Sequence record: NC_052653.1
DNA: 64,000 nt
Source of the DNA: Escherichia phage vB_vPM_PD06
Reading direction: 5' to 3' (one strand)
Shown here: in pieces, positions 26,579 to 35,829 of the stretch
Layout of the letters: each line of letters begins with the position of its first letter
How positions within the stretch are numbered: the stretch's first letter is position 1
Notes under the pieces: model-generated
Seen by the model: only the letters and a program-made list of their open reading frames with translations
What the model was told of the DNA's origin: nothing
The model's database searches: none
Position numbers and translations under genes: made by a program

Positions 26579-28549
26579 TTATGTGCGTTTAGCAACAATA
26601 GCATCCACGTAATCGCCAACACCACAATATGTTAGTTGTAGTATTGTTACTCCGTTAGGATCTGTATTAATATCACTGGAACCAATTACTTTGTAAGATG
26701 GATCTAAAGTAACAGTACGACCTCCAGTGGCATCTTGGATAAGATAAACTATTGCAGAGAATGGTTTAGGTTTTGTACTATCTTCGACACCAGGCCATGC
26801 TTTTATAGTAGCGTTACCAGTAAGATTCAACACATTCATGTTATGTGTTCCTGGAGGTGTCCAGTCCCCTGTAACAGAATTGTTGGTATATGCTGTAACC
26901 TCTATAAAATTAGTTGTTACTTTTGTTGGAACTATATCTTGACCATCTACAGAATTAGTGAGTTCTTCCCATGCCCCATCTTTACGAGCATAAGTCTTAC
27001 CATCACTAGGTGCATCTGTGATACTAGGTAGTGTACCTTGAGAAGTCCAGACAGTTGCAGATGTTTTTAAGAACACCTCGCCAGTGGAGATATTAAAGGC
27101 ATAATCACCTTGTTTACCATCACTAGAGATTGGATCTGTTGTTTTAACAATCCAAGTTGCACCGTCTGTACCGTTAGTACCAGCGTCACCTTTCTCACCT
27201 TTTTCACCCTTATCACCTTTCAAACTACCCATATCTACATATTCAGCAGTTTGAGTTTGTTCATTATAGGTGTAAATGTAAAGATGACCTGTATCTTCCG
27301 TCAGATAAGCATCACCGTAATTGGCTGTAGGAGGAAGCGCACTTGCAGACGCAACGTGTCCTTTTGCAGTGATTGGAGTACCAGCTAAACGACCAACATT
27401 TGTCCACTCTGTGGCTCCTTGCAACCAGACCCAAAGTTCATTATTGATCAGATAACCATCACCCTCTTCTCCAGTTTGTGGTAGTTCAGAAGTGTTAGTC
27501 AGAATGTCAATAATGGTCAACCCTGCACCAGTTGGCCCCGTCAAGCCTTGTATACCCTGTGCACCTTGATCACCCTTGTCTCCCTTATCACCTTTTTCTC
27601 CTTTCAGAGAGGCAATATATTCGTCAATAGTACCAACGTTACCAGCATTTAACCAGACTTGATAAGCTGAATCACCAGTGTTACCCTTATCACCTTTGTC
27701 GCCTTTATCTCCTTTTGGCCCCACTATAGCACCCATATTGATCCATTCTACACCGTTTGACACGTATAGATATGTACCAACACTCCATGCTTGAGATGTG
27801 TTTCCATGAGATGCAGAAGGAAGATCTGAAACGGAATTAGCTGCGCCTTGGTAATCAAAACCATTAGCATTATTACCTGGCACACCTTGTGGCCCCTCTG
27901 GGCCAGGCTCCCCTTTATCACCTTTAATTGAAGCAAGATAATCTAGTTCTGTACCTTCATTTCCTGCTGCAAGCCATACTTCATAAGCAGATTTACCTTC
28001 TGGCCCCTGTGAGTTTACTTTTCTCCAAGCAGTACCATCCCAAGCATACATATTCTCGCCTACAATCCATGCATCCCCTGCATTGTTTCCACTTGTAGGT
28101 AATTGGTTGGTATTAGATAGTGTCCCTAATAGCTTTAATGGAGCACCTGGATCACCTTTTAAAGAAGCCAACCACTGTGTCTCAGTACCTTGGAAACCAT
28201 TGTCTACGGCAATCTGGTAAGCTGATTTACCAGCTTCTGGGATGGATTCTCTAAGATCTTCAATTTCAGCTTCAATAGCATCTAATTCTGATTCTATTTG
28301 AGCAATGTCATCTGCATTACCCACATTTTTCCAAGCTGTATCTGAAATCCCTCCAGTAGATGTAGGAGTAGAGTTAGCAGGTACAACTTTAGGTAGAGAA
28401 CCTTTCCACTGATAGTAGTTACCGTCAGCTTCAAAGAGCAATGCTTCACGAGCATCTCTTAAGGTAAAACCACTTGCAAAACTTCTACGCTTTCTATAGC
28501 GAGACTCTACCATGTCTGCAATGGCACTATTTGGACGTGTTAAAATCAC
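26579..28549 (-). CDS. tail fibre protein with collagen-like G-X-Y tracts and internal repeats
   Basis: G-X-Y tracts GPKGDKGDKGDKGNTGD, KGEKGDKGDKGDQGAQGIQGLTGPTGAG and LKGDKGEKGEKGDAGTNG; three copies of a SAY(Q/E)VWL.AGN.GT...Y(L/I)AS(L/I)KG module; four copies of an LP..G....W..G module. Confidence 0.7.
   Translation of the reverse strand: MILTRPNSAIADMVESRYRKRRSFASGFTLRDAREALLFEADGNYYQWKGSLPKVVPANSTPTSTGGISDTAWKNVGNADDIAQIESELDAIEAEIEDLRESIPEAGKSAYQIAVDNGFQGTETQWLASLKGDPGAPLKLLGTLSNTNQLPTSGNNAGDAWIVGENMYAWDGTAWRKVNSQGPEGKSAYEVWLAAGNEGTELDYLASIKGDKGEPGPEGPQGVPGNNANGFDYQGAANSVSDLPSASHGNTSQAWSVGTYLYVSNGVEWINMGAIVGPKGDKGDKGDKGNTGDSAYQVWLNAGNVGTIDEYIASLKGEKGDKGDKGDQGAQGIQGLTGPTGAGLTIIDILTNTSELPQTGEEGDGYLINNELWVWLQGATEWTNVGRLAGTPITAKGHVASASALPPTANYGDAYLTEDTGHLYIYTYNEQTQTAEYVDMGSLKGDKGEKGEKGDAGTNGTDGATWIVKTTDPISSDGKQGDYAFNISTGEVFLKTSATVWTSQGTLPSITDAPSDGKTYARKDGAWEELTNSVDGQDIVPTKVTTNFIEVTAYTNNSVTGDWTPPGTHNMNVLNLTGNATIKAWPGVEDSTKPKPFSAIVYLIQDATGGRTVTLDPSYKVIGSSDINTDPNGVTILQLTYCGVGDYVDAIVAKRT
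27163..27721 (-). repeat. collagen-like triplet-repeat coding tracts
   Basis: On the plus strand, runs of CACCTTT/CACCCTT/ATCACC units (reverse complement of GGT GAT AAA GGT) at about 27671-27721, 27521-27604 and 27163-27223. Confidence 0.6.
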
Positions 28550-28567
28550 TTTACTACTCCTTTTATA

Positions 28568-28590
28568 AAGGGGCGAAAGCCCCTTTTAAT
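28568..28590 (-). terminator. hairpin GGGGC-GAAA-GCCCC between tail fibre genes
   Basis: Same hairpin as at 17405-17425, with A/T-rich flanks on both sides. Confidence 0.4.
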
Positions 28591-31004
28591 TAAGCATTAT
28601 TGACAGTAACAAAAGTAACAGGGTTCAGAGCTTTAATTTGTGTATTCTCTGCTGTAGGTGTTACAATTGGATCTGCAATATCTATTGTGTACAAACTATT
28701 TGTCACATATGTAGCACGTGCTATAGTTGTCACAAGATCGCCGCCATTTGCACCTGCACCTGGAATAACAATCTTAGTACCTGCTGCTTTAGCGTAGCCA
28801 TTACTAGCCCAGTTTAAAGCATTAGACTGTAGATAGGTTTGACCTGTAACAGTTGCTTTTATTTTCTCATTATCACTAAAGAAAGCACCACCTGCTGTAA
28901 CAACGTGTTTTTTACCGCTTGCACAATGAATAACTGTTCCAGTAGGGAAGTCACGCCCACCTGGGAATTCATCATAATCTGTAAAATATTGTTCAGAAAT
29001 AGTGGTTAAGACTGGCCCACGATGACCTGTACCATCAACAGCAGTTGGAACACCAAAGTTATTTCCAACCTGATCGCAACGATCCGTGTAGATTTTAGCA
29101 AAAGAAACTGTTGTTTCATCTCCGCTAAGTGCTGTACATCCTACCCACTTCATATAAGTGAATTGGCTGCGAGTATAGAAACCGCCACCACTTCCTTCTC
29201 CGCTCCCGTGTTGACCAATAAAGTCAATACTACGGCAACGAATATTATTAAAAGTAGAGCTAGATGGTAGCCCACGCCATTTAAAATCATTACAATTGAT
29301 GTTACTAACAATTGTAGAGTTTTCCCAGGCGTCTGATCCAGCCGTTGCAATCTCAATCGAAGATTCTGGAATATCCAAATTCTTAATTGTAAAGTTAATT
29401 GGTGGCCCCGCATATCTTCCACCGTTAACACCCCAGTCAATAAAGACCATGCGTGTTGAAACAGACGGATCATTAAGCAGATAACCAGTTAAACCATCAA
29501 CTTCAAAGTCTTGGCATCCGTATAATGCAACACCACAAGTAGTTAAACCTGTACCTGTTGAAACTGCTGTGTTAGGATAAACTTCGTTATCACGTATTGT
29601 GAAGTTTTTACCCATTTCAACGTGTAGACATTGACGGCAATTGTAAACTCTATTTCCAACGATACTGAAGTTACGTACATATTGTGAATCAGGAGCATCA
29701 ACACCATATGGGCCACTACCTGCTACACCAATACCAATACCCCAGTTTGCACCTTGTCCAGAAGCATCTACGTTAGCAATGTGGTTATTCTCGATGATCA
29801 AACCTTCAGTGTAGTGTCTTTGAACTACGTTAAGTTCAATAGCATCACCTTTAATATCGTGAATATAGTTGTTAGAGTAACGCCCATAGGTCATTACTTC
29901 TCCAGTACCTTGTTGCAGGATCGCATATTTACAACCATACATTTCGTTGTAACTGAAGTCCAACGTACCTTCACTTGTCATTGCTTGCATTAAAAATGCT
30001 GCTGTAGATGTTGCGTTGGAGAAGATATTACGATAGAATCGGCAATCACCACCTAACATCTTAACATAACATTTTTCAAAGCGAACGTTTTCAATCCAAC
30101 AGGACACAGTAGAAATCATTGTTCCACCGTTACCAGTGAATGTACCACCATACCAACGAATACCAGACATAGCAATTGAGCTTGTGAATCTATAATTCTT
30201 ATCTGCACGTACTTGAATGTTATTCGTGTTAGCGAAAGTAATGGTTTTTAGAATTGCTTGAGTATCATCGGTAACTCCATCACCAATTGCACCAAACTGC
30301 TCAGGCGTTACAAAGTATTGAGCTTGTAACAGGTTGCCTCCAGATGGAAGACCAACCATTGCTGCACCAGTGGTAGATGACAAAAGGTTTTTCTCTACGT
30401 AAGAAGTAGAGGCTGTTGTTTTACCAATAAAAGCAAACAATTTGTTAGGTAGACCAGTAGACGGATCTAAACCTAATGGTTCTGCCAGAATAATTTTACT
30501 ATCTTTGATAGTAAATGCTTCACCTTGAATCTGAATTACACCGTTAATGGTGACAATAGCATTATCAAAGATATAAGGAGGACTGATTTCTGTTTCATAT
30601 CCTGTAGCACCTTTAAAATACCAAGGATACACATCTGAAGCTAACTGTTCAGTTTTAAGAGCGTACAGAGTCCAGTTACTGTCCCCTACAGGTGTGCCCC
30701 GCATAGGTACAGGGTTCGCAGTAGTGGCAGATGGGGCATAATAGTACCCACTCAAGATACCGTTTTCAAAATAACGTAACTGGTTAAATACAGTTTCAGT
30801 TGATCCTGCTGACCAAGCAACAGGACTCTTAAAGAAGAAGTTATCAACAAGTGCTTTACGCAGTGTAGGTATTAAACCTGTTTCGGTTTCTACAGTTGCT
30901 GTAGCATCCCCATTAATAACATCATGCATCTGGTTAGACGAGAATATAACCAGATCAACACCTTGTTCTAGTGTCGTAGCAGGATATGTTGGAAAATTCG
31001 CCAT
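28590..31004 (-). CDS. tailspike protein with parallel beta-helix (pectate-lyase-like) fold; depolymerase candidate
   Basis: 804 aa with periodic short Gly/Asn/Val/Ile-rich repeats typical of right-handed beta-helices (NNYIHDIKGDAIELNV, IIENNHIANVDASG, FSIVGNRVYNC, FTIRDNEVYPN). Confidence 0.55.
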   Translation of the reverse strand: MANFPTYPATTLEQGVDLVIFSSNQMHDVINGDATATVETETGLIPTLRKALVDNFFFKSPVAWSAGSTETVFNQLRYFENGILSGYYYAPSATTANPVPMRGTPVGDSNWTLYALKTEQLASDVYPWYFKGATGYETEISPPYIFDNAIVTINGVIQIQGEAFTIKDSKIILAEPLGLDPSTGLPNKLFAFIGKTTASTSYVEKNLLSSTTGAAMVGLPSGGNLLQAQYFVTPEQFGAIGDGVTDDTQAILKTITFANTNNIQVRADKNYRFTSSIAMSGIRWYGGTFTGNGGTMISTVSCWIENVRFEKCYVKMLGGDCRFYRNIFSNATSTAAFLMQAMTSEGTLDFSYNEMYGCKYAILQQGTGEVMTYGRYSNNYIHDIKGDAIELNVVQRHYTEGLIIENNHIANVDASGQGANWGIGIGVAGSGPYGVDAPDSQYVRNFSIVGNRVYNCRQCLHVEMGKNFTIRDNEVYPNTAVSTGTGLTTCGVALYGCQDFEVDGLTGYLLNDPSVSTRMVFIDWGVNGGRYAGPPINFTIKNLDIPESSIEIATAGSDAWENSTIVSNINCNDFKWRGLPSSSTFNNIRCRSIDFIGQHGSGEGSGGGFYTRSQFTYMKWVGCTALSGDETTVSFAKIYTDRCDQVGNNFGVPTAVDGTGHRGPVLTTISEQYFTDYDEFPGGRDFPTGTVIHCASGKKHVVTAGGAFFSDNEKIKATVTGQTYLQSNALNWASNGYAKAAGTKIVIPGAGANGGDLVTTIARATYVTNSLYTIDIADPIVTPTAENTQIKALNPVTFVTVNNA

Positions 31005-31345
31005 TAATTTTTGTCCTTACTTTGTGTGCGCTTTGTAATCTCCTCTAGCATTAATTGAACAGGAGCATTTTTTAAATCCATTATTTTTTCAATCTTCTGT
31101 TCTAAGGCAGTATTATTTGCCATTAATGTAGAGTTGATCTGGTTAAGCATTTGAGCAAGTTCTGCTTTGGTAGCATAAGTGGATTCAACAAACACCAACT
31201 TCTTTTCTAGTTCACGGTATTTCTCTTCCATTTTGTCCAAATCACTTGCCATATCATCTATCTTCTGTTTGAAGACCACCCAGATTACACCAATAAGAGG
31301 GATAATCGCCTCTTTAGCGATATCCCATACTTCTGTTAGCTCCAT
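31004..31345 (-). CDS. hypothetical protein with N-terminal transmembrane helix and coiled coil
   Basis: AIIPLIGVIWVVF hydrophobic segment followed by a charged helical region. Confidence 0.4.
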   Translation of the reverse strand: MELTEVWDIAKEAIIPLIGVIWVVFKQKIDDMASDLDKMEEKYRELEKKLVFVESTYATKAELAQMLNQINSTLMANNTALEQKIEKIMDLKNAPVQLMLEEITKRTQSKDKN

Positions 31346-31354
31346 ACATTACCC

Positions 31355-31906
31355 CTATTTCTTAGGTCTTGTAGGCCAAGTTATATTAGGTGCATCTTCA
31401 ACGTTAATTTGAATCAGTGTTGCACGATATAGTTTAACTTTTCCTAACCAATCTTTTTGTTCTTGAGATAAACCTTGTAATTCCTCTAAATCTTGAATCG
31501 CAGACACTTGATTCGTAGCCCAAGTTAACTCCTTTTCTAACTTAAGAGTAGCATCTTCAATAGCAAGACTATTGTGAGGAACAAATTTACCTTCAACATA
31601 TTGCCAAGAGCCAATATTACTTTCATCTTCTATTTTATCTGGTGCATTATATGTAACTAAAATAGATTGTCCGGCAGGGAAATAGGTAGTAACATCTTTA
31701 GTAGCACCACGTACAATATTATTATCATCTAAGGTAATGAAATAAGCGTCGGGATATTCAGCCATCAAAGTTTTTTGAAGTTGATACCAATCATTACCAT
31801 CCTTGTCTTGCAAAAAACCACCGCCAACAGAAAGATAAAGAATGTTCTCCTCTGTTAATTCCGGTTCGTACAATTCAAAACCTGTAAAAATAACATCTTT
31901 TTTCAT
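31355..31906 (-). CDS. hypothetical protein (tail-associated by position)
   Basis: ORF track and location among fibre genes. Confidence 0.4.
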   Translation of the reverse strand: MKKDVIFTGFELYEPELTEENILYLSVGGGFLQDKDGNDWYQLQKTLMAEYPDAYFITLDDNNIVRGATKDVTTYFPAGQSILVTYNAPDKIEDESNIGSWQYVEGKFVPHNSLAIEDATLKLEKELTWATNQVSAIQDLEELQGLSQEQKDWLGKVKLYRATLIQINVEDAPNITWPTRPKK

Positions 31907-31915
31907 AGACTCTCC

Positions 31916-32899
31916 TTATGAAACGTTGGTTACTGTTATCCAGCTACCATTAATATAATATTGTAGCGGGGCTGACCAATACCAAGCACCACGAAGTTCT
32001 TTCTTATCACCAAAGCCCCAACCTGTGATCACGTGACCAGCATAGAAACGAGACTCGGACACACCAGCTTGGATACGTGCTCCTAGACGGATAGAAGACA
32101 CAACAGAAGAAACTCTATTGTTAATGTTATTAATTTGGCCTTGCAAGTTGCTATTAACGTTGTTAATATTATTTTGCAGTGTACTTTGCAATGAGTTTAG
32201 TCTTGAGTTAAGATAATCTAATCTTACAAGAGCATTACCATTGCCAGTATCTTGACCAGAATTAGAACGAGGATTGTCTATTAAAACATAACCTGCATCA
32301 TACAAACGGACTCCACAAGATGTTCCTCCAGTAGATGGATTTATTCTATAAATATAGAGTTGACCACCTGCACCTGGTTCAGAAGACATATTGCCTACTG
32401 TTTGTCCATTATAGTTTCTAAAAAATAATGTTGCAGGATCTGTAGCACCTGTACCACAAGTGTAAATATCACCTGCATAGATAGCACCACCATTATCACG
32501 CTTAACAAGGACATTCCCTACAACTTGGCTTGATGTTGCGTCTGTAATGTTAGCTGATAAGTGATTGTGACTGTTATCTACGACTTGAATAGATAATGTT
32601 ACAGCAGCATTACCATTCCATGTAACTTCACCTGTAGCATCACCTGCCATTGTAATTTTAGTACCGACTATAGGAAGATATGTCGTAGGCAATGTTGGGA
32701 AGAATTCATCTTGCATATAGCGAATCCAAGACCCAATATTGTTTAAGATCCAGTTCATTTCTTCACAAGTCATAATCTGACCAAAGTCCATACCGACATT
32801 ACGGATGGTTTCTTTTGGTCTAATCTTGTTTGTGTTTCCCGTTCCTGGGAGGGTTACTGTTTGTGTCGCCCAGTCAGGGTAGTATTGTGGCTTTGCCAT
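31916..32899 (-). CDS. putative tail fibre protein
   Basis: Asn/Gln/Ser-rich coiled segment (NINNVNSNLQGQINNINNRVSSVVS) and Gly-rich beta-like regions. Confidence 0.45.
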   Translation of the reverse strand: MAKPQYYPDWATQTVTLPGTGNTNKIRPKETIRNVGMDFGQIMTCEEMNWILNNIGSWIRYMQDEFFPTLPTTYLPIVGTKITMAGDATGEVTWNGNAAVTLSIQVVDNSHNHLSANITDATSSQVVGNVLVKRDNGGAIYAGDIYTCGTGATDPATLFFRNYNGQTVGNMSSEPGAGGQLYIYRINPSTGGTSCGVRLYDAGYVLIDNPRSNSGQDTGNGNALVRLDYLNSRLNSLQSTLQNNINNVNSNLQGQINNINNRVSSVVSSIRLGARIQAGVSESRFYAGHVITGWGFGDKKELRGAWYWSAPLQYYINGSWITVTNVS

Positions 32900-32912
32900 T
32901 AAGGGTAACTCC

Positions 32913-33542
32913 TTATTCTATTTGAGCTATCAGCATAGTCATTCGCCCTGTATCATCTCCTTCAGCCTCTGTGTAAAGAGAACCTAAACCACCTATACCA
33001 TGAGGTGGATTTGTGGCATAATAGGAAGTGAAACCAAAGGCTGAACCCGCTTTCGCACCTAAGCGATAACTACTTAGGATCGGGAAAACGTTAAGTAACT
33101 GTGCTACTGCCTGATCGGATTGTAGACACAAATTATAAAAGAATACGTCGAATGTTTTATTTAATCCAACGTATGTATTAATCGTTTCTTTTTCTGTTCC
33201 TGTAAAACGAGCGAACATATCAATGATATCATCTCGCGTACCAGAAGACGCAACACGATAAGCCCTGATTTTTAATATTGTACGATACTCTTCATCTGTA
33301 GCACCATTTCTTTCCATCCCCATTTCTTCACCAATAAGATCTAAATACTTACCAGTTGCAGTAGAGATTAAGCGGTGTTTGGCAAGATAGATCATTGCCT
33401 GATCTATCTTTTGTTTTTCGCTAGAAATGATATAGAGTAGTTTGACAATGTTCGGAGAAGATTTAAAATCTTCAATCAGTAGGTCTTTAACATCTTCATT
33501 GATACTATCCCACGTTGTCACATGGTCAACACTCACTGCCAT
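32913..33542 (-). CDS. hypothetical structural protein
   Basis: ORF track; late module. Confidence 0.4.
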   Translation of the reverse strand: MAVSVDHVTTWDSINEDVKDLLIEDFKSSPNIVKLLYIISSEKQKIDQAMIYLAKHRLISTATGKYLDLIGEEMGMERNGATDEEYRTILKIRAYRVASSGTRDDIIDMFARFTGTEKETINTYVGLNKTFDVFFYNLCLQSDQAVAQLLNVFPILSSYRLGAKAGSAFGFTSYYATNPPHGIGGLGSLYTEAEGDDTGRMTMLIAQIE

Positions 33543-33544
33543 TT

Positions 33545-35032
33545 TTAGACTCCGTACTCGTAGGAAATATTATCAAGGTCAAAGGATGGTACAACATTGT
33601 ACGCTGGAGTAATATCTCCCTCATTATATTTACTGTCATCCTCAGTATTAAGTTTAACATAAACACGGAGAGAAGTCAAGCGTCCGAACGCAAGTGCAGA
33701 ATAAATTACACCTTTTATCTGATCGTTAGTTACTGTTGACCCTAATTCAAAATAAGCCTGTAAGTTTGCAAGAGCAGAAACAATATTTTCCCTTTCTGTT
33801 GTACTTAACACACTACCATTGCCAGTTTGATACACCAGTTTAAGCGAGTATTCCGCATTATCCCCAGGAGAAAAACGAATTACTTCTTGACCACCATCTT
33901 CTGTTATGATAGTAATTGCTGTTGTACCATAGGTTAAGGTGTTAATAGGCTTAGTATTATAAATAACCTGTGCAACTTCTTCTGCTGTACCACCATACAC
34001 AATAGTCTGGAATGTCATAGCTGGAGCATGTTCCTGATCATGTAGTGTAGGGTTATCATAAATCTTAACCTTTGTCACACCATCTGTCAGTAGTAGAGCT
34101 TTAACAATAGCAGCACGAGTAGCAGCATTAGCTTCATCCATATTATCATTGAAACGAGAGCGGAATTCTGCATCTGTTTCAACATCCGTACCTGGAGAGA
34201 ATGGATAGAAGTTACCTGTATCTAAAAAGCCTGTAAACGTTGAAGAAATACCTGTAATACTTTCTGTACCTACTGGATTATAACCAACGTCTGAACACGT
34301 AACTGGAATTTCACTCCATTTTGTACCAATTGCAATAGATGCGTAAAATTTCACTGGTGTTACTAGACCTATTGGGTTAACATTATCTTCTGGATTATAA
34401 CCCATATAAACATTACTAGCATCATTCCATACTAAAGCACGATCTGTTGTTGATACGTTAGCTTTAATGAAATTCGTGAGATCTAAAATAAAGTTTGTAT
34501 TGCTAGGACTTAATGTTTTACTGTTAAGACCACCATCAATAGCACTTTGAATGTAGAAAGTAATAGAAGTTTCACCAGAAGCTGTTGCGTTTGCTTTAGA
34601 AATGGTGTATGCTCCAATCTTAGCATTCAACATTGTTGGTGCACTGACATAATATGTCAAATCGTTATCGGCATTAAAATAAACATCTGTGCTTAGCTCA
34701 TAAGTCCAAGCTGCCTTATTGTTAGATTTAACATAAGCATGACCACTACCAGCAGAAGCAGCTTTACGATAAAAACCTCTTTTAGAGAAGATTTCATCAA
34801 GGTAAATACCTTCTGCACCATCTAAGGTTTGGGTATTGTAAACACCTTGCATACCTTCCCAAAGGGTGTAATCTGTGTATGCAATAATACGGAACAGTTG
34901 ACCAAAGACAGTATCTTCAGATGTAGCTGTATCTGCACCGAAAGTGTTTTTCAATGCTGTCATATAATTATTTAAAATATCATCAAACGTTGGAATTACA
35001 AAACCAGCATCTGTTAAACCATAATCTGCCAT
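33545..35032 (-). CDS. hypothetical baseplate/tail structural protein
   Basis: 495 aa; translationally coupled to the next gene; late module. Confidence 0.4.
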   Translation of the reverse strand: MADYGLTDAGFVIPTFDDILNNYMTALKNTFGADTATSEDTVFGQLFRIIAYTDYTLWEGMQGVYNTQTLDGAEGIYLDEIFSKRGFYRKAASAGSGHAYVKSNNKAAWTYELSTDVYFNADNDLTYYVSAPTMLNAKIGAYTISKANATASGETSITFYIQSAIDGGLNSKTLSPSNTNFILDLTNFIKANVSTTDRALVWNDASNVYMGYNPEDNVNPIGLVTPVKFYASIAIGTKWSEIPVTCSDVGYNPVGTESITGISSTFTGFLDTGNFYPFSPGTDVETDAEFRSRFNDNMDEANAATRAAIVKALLLTDGVTKVKIYDNPTLHDQEHAPAMTFQTIVYGGTAEEVAQVIYNTKPINTLTYGTTAITIITEDGGQEVIRFSPGDNAEYSLKLVYQTGNGSVLSTTERENIVSALANLQAYFELGSTVTNDQIKGVIYSALAFGRLTSLRVYVKLNTEDDSKYNEGDITPAYNVVPSFDLDNISYEYGV

Positions 35033-35277
35033 TAATTATCCTCCTTATCAGGGGCAGGTGATCTGCCCCAACGTAAATCTATTAAATTCTTCATTAGTCT
35101 GGATGGTGTGATCATAAAAACAAAAGCCCAGCCCATCCATTCAGGAATTTCTTTATCAATTCCCAAATAAATAAACATACTGGACATAACAATCATACCA
35201 ATAGCATTCCAAACTTTAGTAGAACTGACTTTATTATCAGGATATGTACAAAACATACCTATTAAAAATTTTCTCAT
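35032..35277 (-). CDS. small membrane protein, two predicted transmembrane helices
   Basis: 81 aa with two hydrophobic segments; could be holin-like, unproven. Confidence 0.35.
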   Translation of the reverse strand: MRKFLIGMFCTYPDNKVSSTKVWNAIGMIVMSSMFIYLGIDKEIPEWMGWAFVFMITPSRLMKNLIDLRWGRSPAPDKEDN

Positions 35278-35582
35278 GGTGCGTTCTCATTACTTTTTAA
35301 ATCACGATATACAGCTAATTCCCCAAGGTCTACAGAACCCGCTGAATGCACAAGTACAGCAGCACTAAGACTAATGGCAGTAGTACCTGGGGCAATATCA
35401 GCAGGTAGGGAATACGCCCTTTGCGTCTCCTTATCATAGATAACCTTATACCCACCCAAATCCACACCAACTGAGAAGTAAACAACCTCAGATTGTTTAA
35501 CTCCAAAGTGACGGGCTACTGCTTGTTTATTGGTTAAGATTCCGGTTGAACCTTTACCACCTTGGGAGAACATTTCGTTCAT
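35274..35582 (-). CDS. hypothetical protein
   Basis: ORF track; overlaps the next gene by 4 nt. Confidence 0.4.
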   Translation of the reverse strand: MNEMFSQGGKGSTGILTNKQAVARHFGVKQSEVVYFSVGVDLGGYKVIYDKETQRAYSLPADIAPGTTAISLSAAVLVHSAGSVDLGELAVYRDLKSNENAP

Positions 35583-35829
35583 AACAACCTCTTTGTTTTT
35601 CTAAGTAAGCCCCTCTTTGGAGGGGCTTGCAGTGGTAGTGACAACACTTTGAGTTAGTACGATAGTAACTAAAGACAAGATTAACCCTGCTACGATATGT
35701 TTTCATCATTTTATCACATGGCGATGACATGCGCTTGCAGGACATAGTTTGTATGGGTTGTGCGGAATGCCATTTTTGGCCTCTTGTCATCAATAAGTAA
35801 GTATTCATTTCCCCCGCCGAAGCGGGGTT

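Noticed and set aside
27163-27721. Tandem CACCTTT-type units considered as non-coding satellite repeats
   Set aside because: They lie in frame inside a long ORF and encode collagen-like Gly-X-Y tracts; coding, not satellite DNA.
26560-28590. Recurring GC-rich hairpins considered as possible CRISPR repeats
   Set aside because: Copies are kilobases apart at gene ends, not regularly spaced with short spacers, and have terminator-like A/T flanks; no CRISPR array is present.
35554-35808. Minus-strand ORF of 84 aa in the intergenic island
   Set aside because: Cys/His/Arg-rich, low-complexity translation with no RBS; spans hairpin elements; more likely non-coding.
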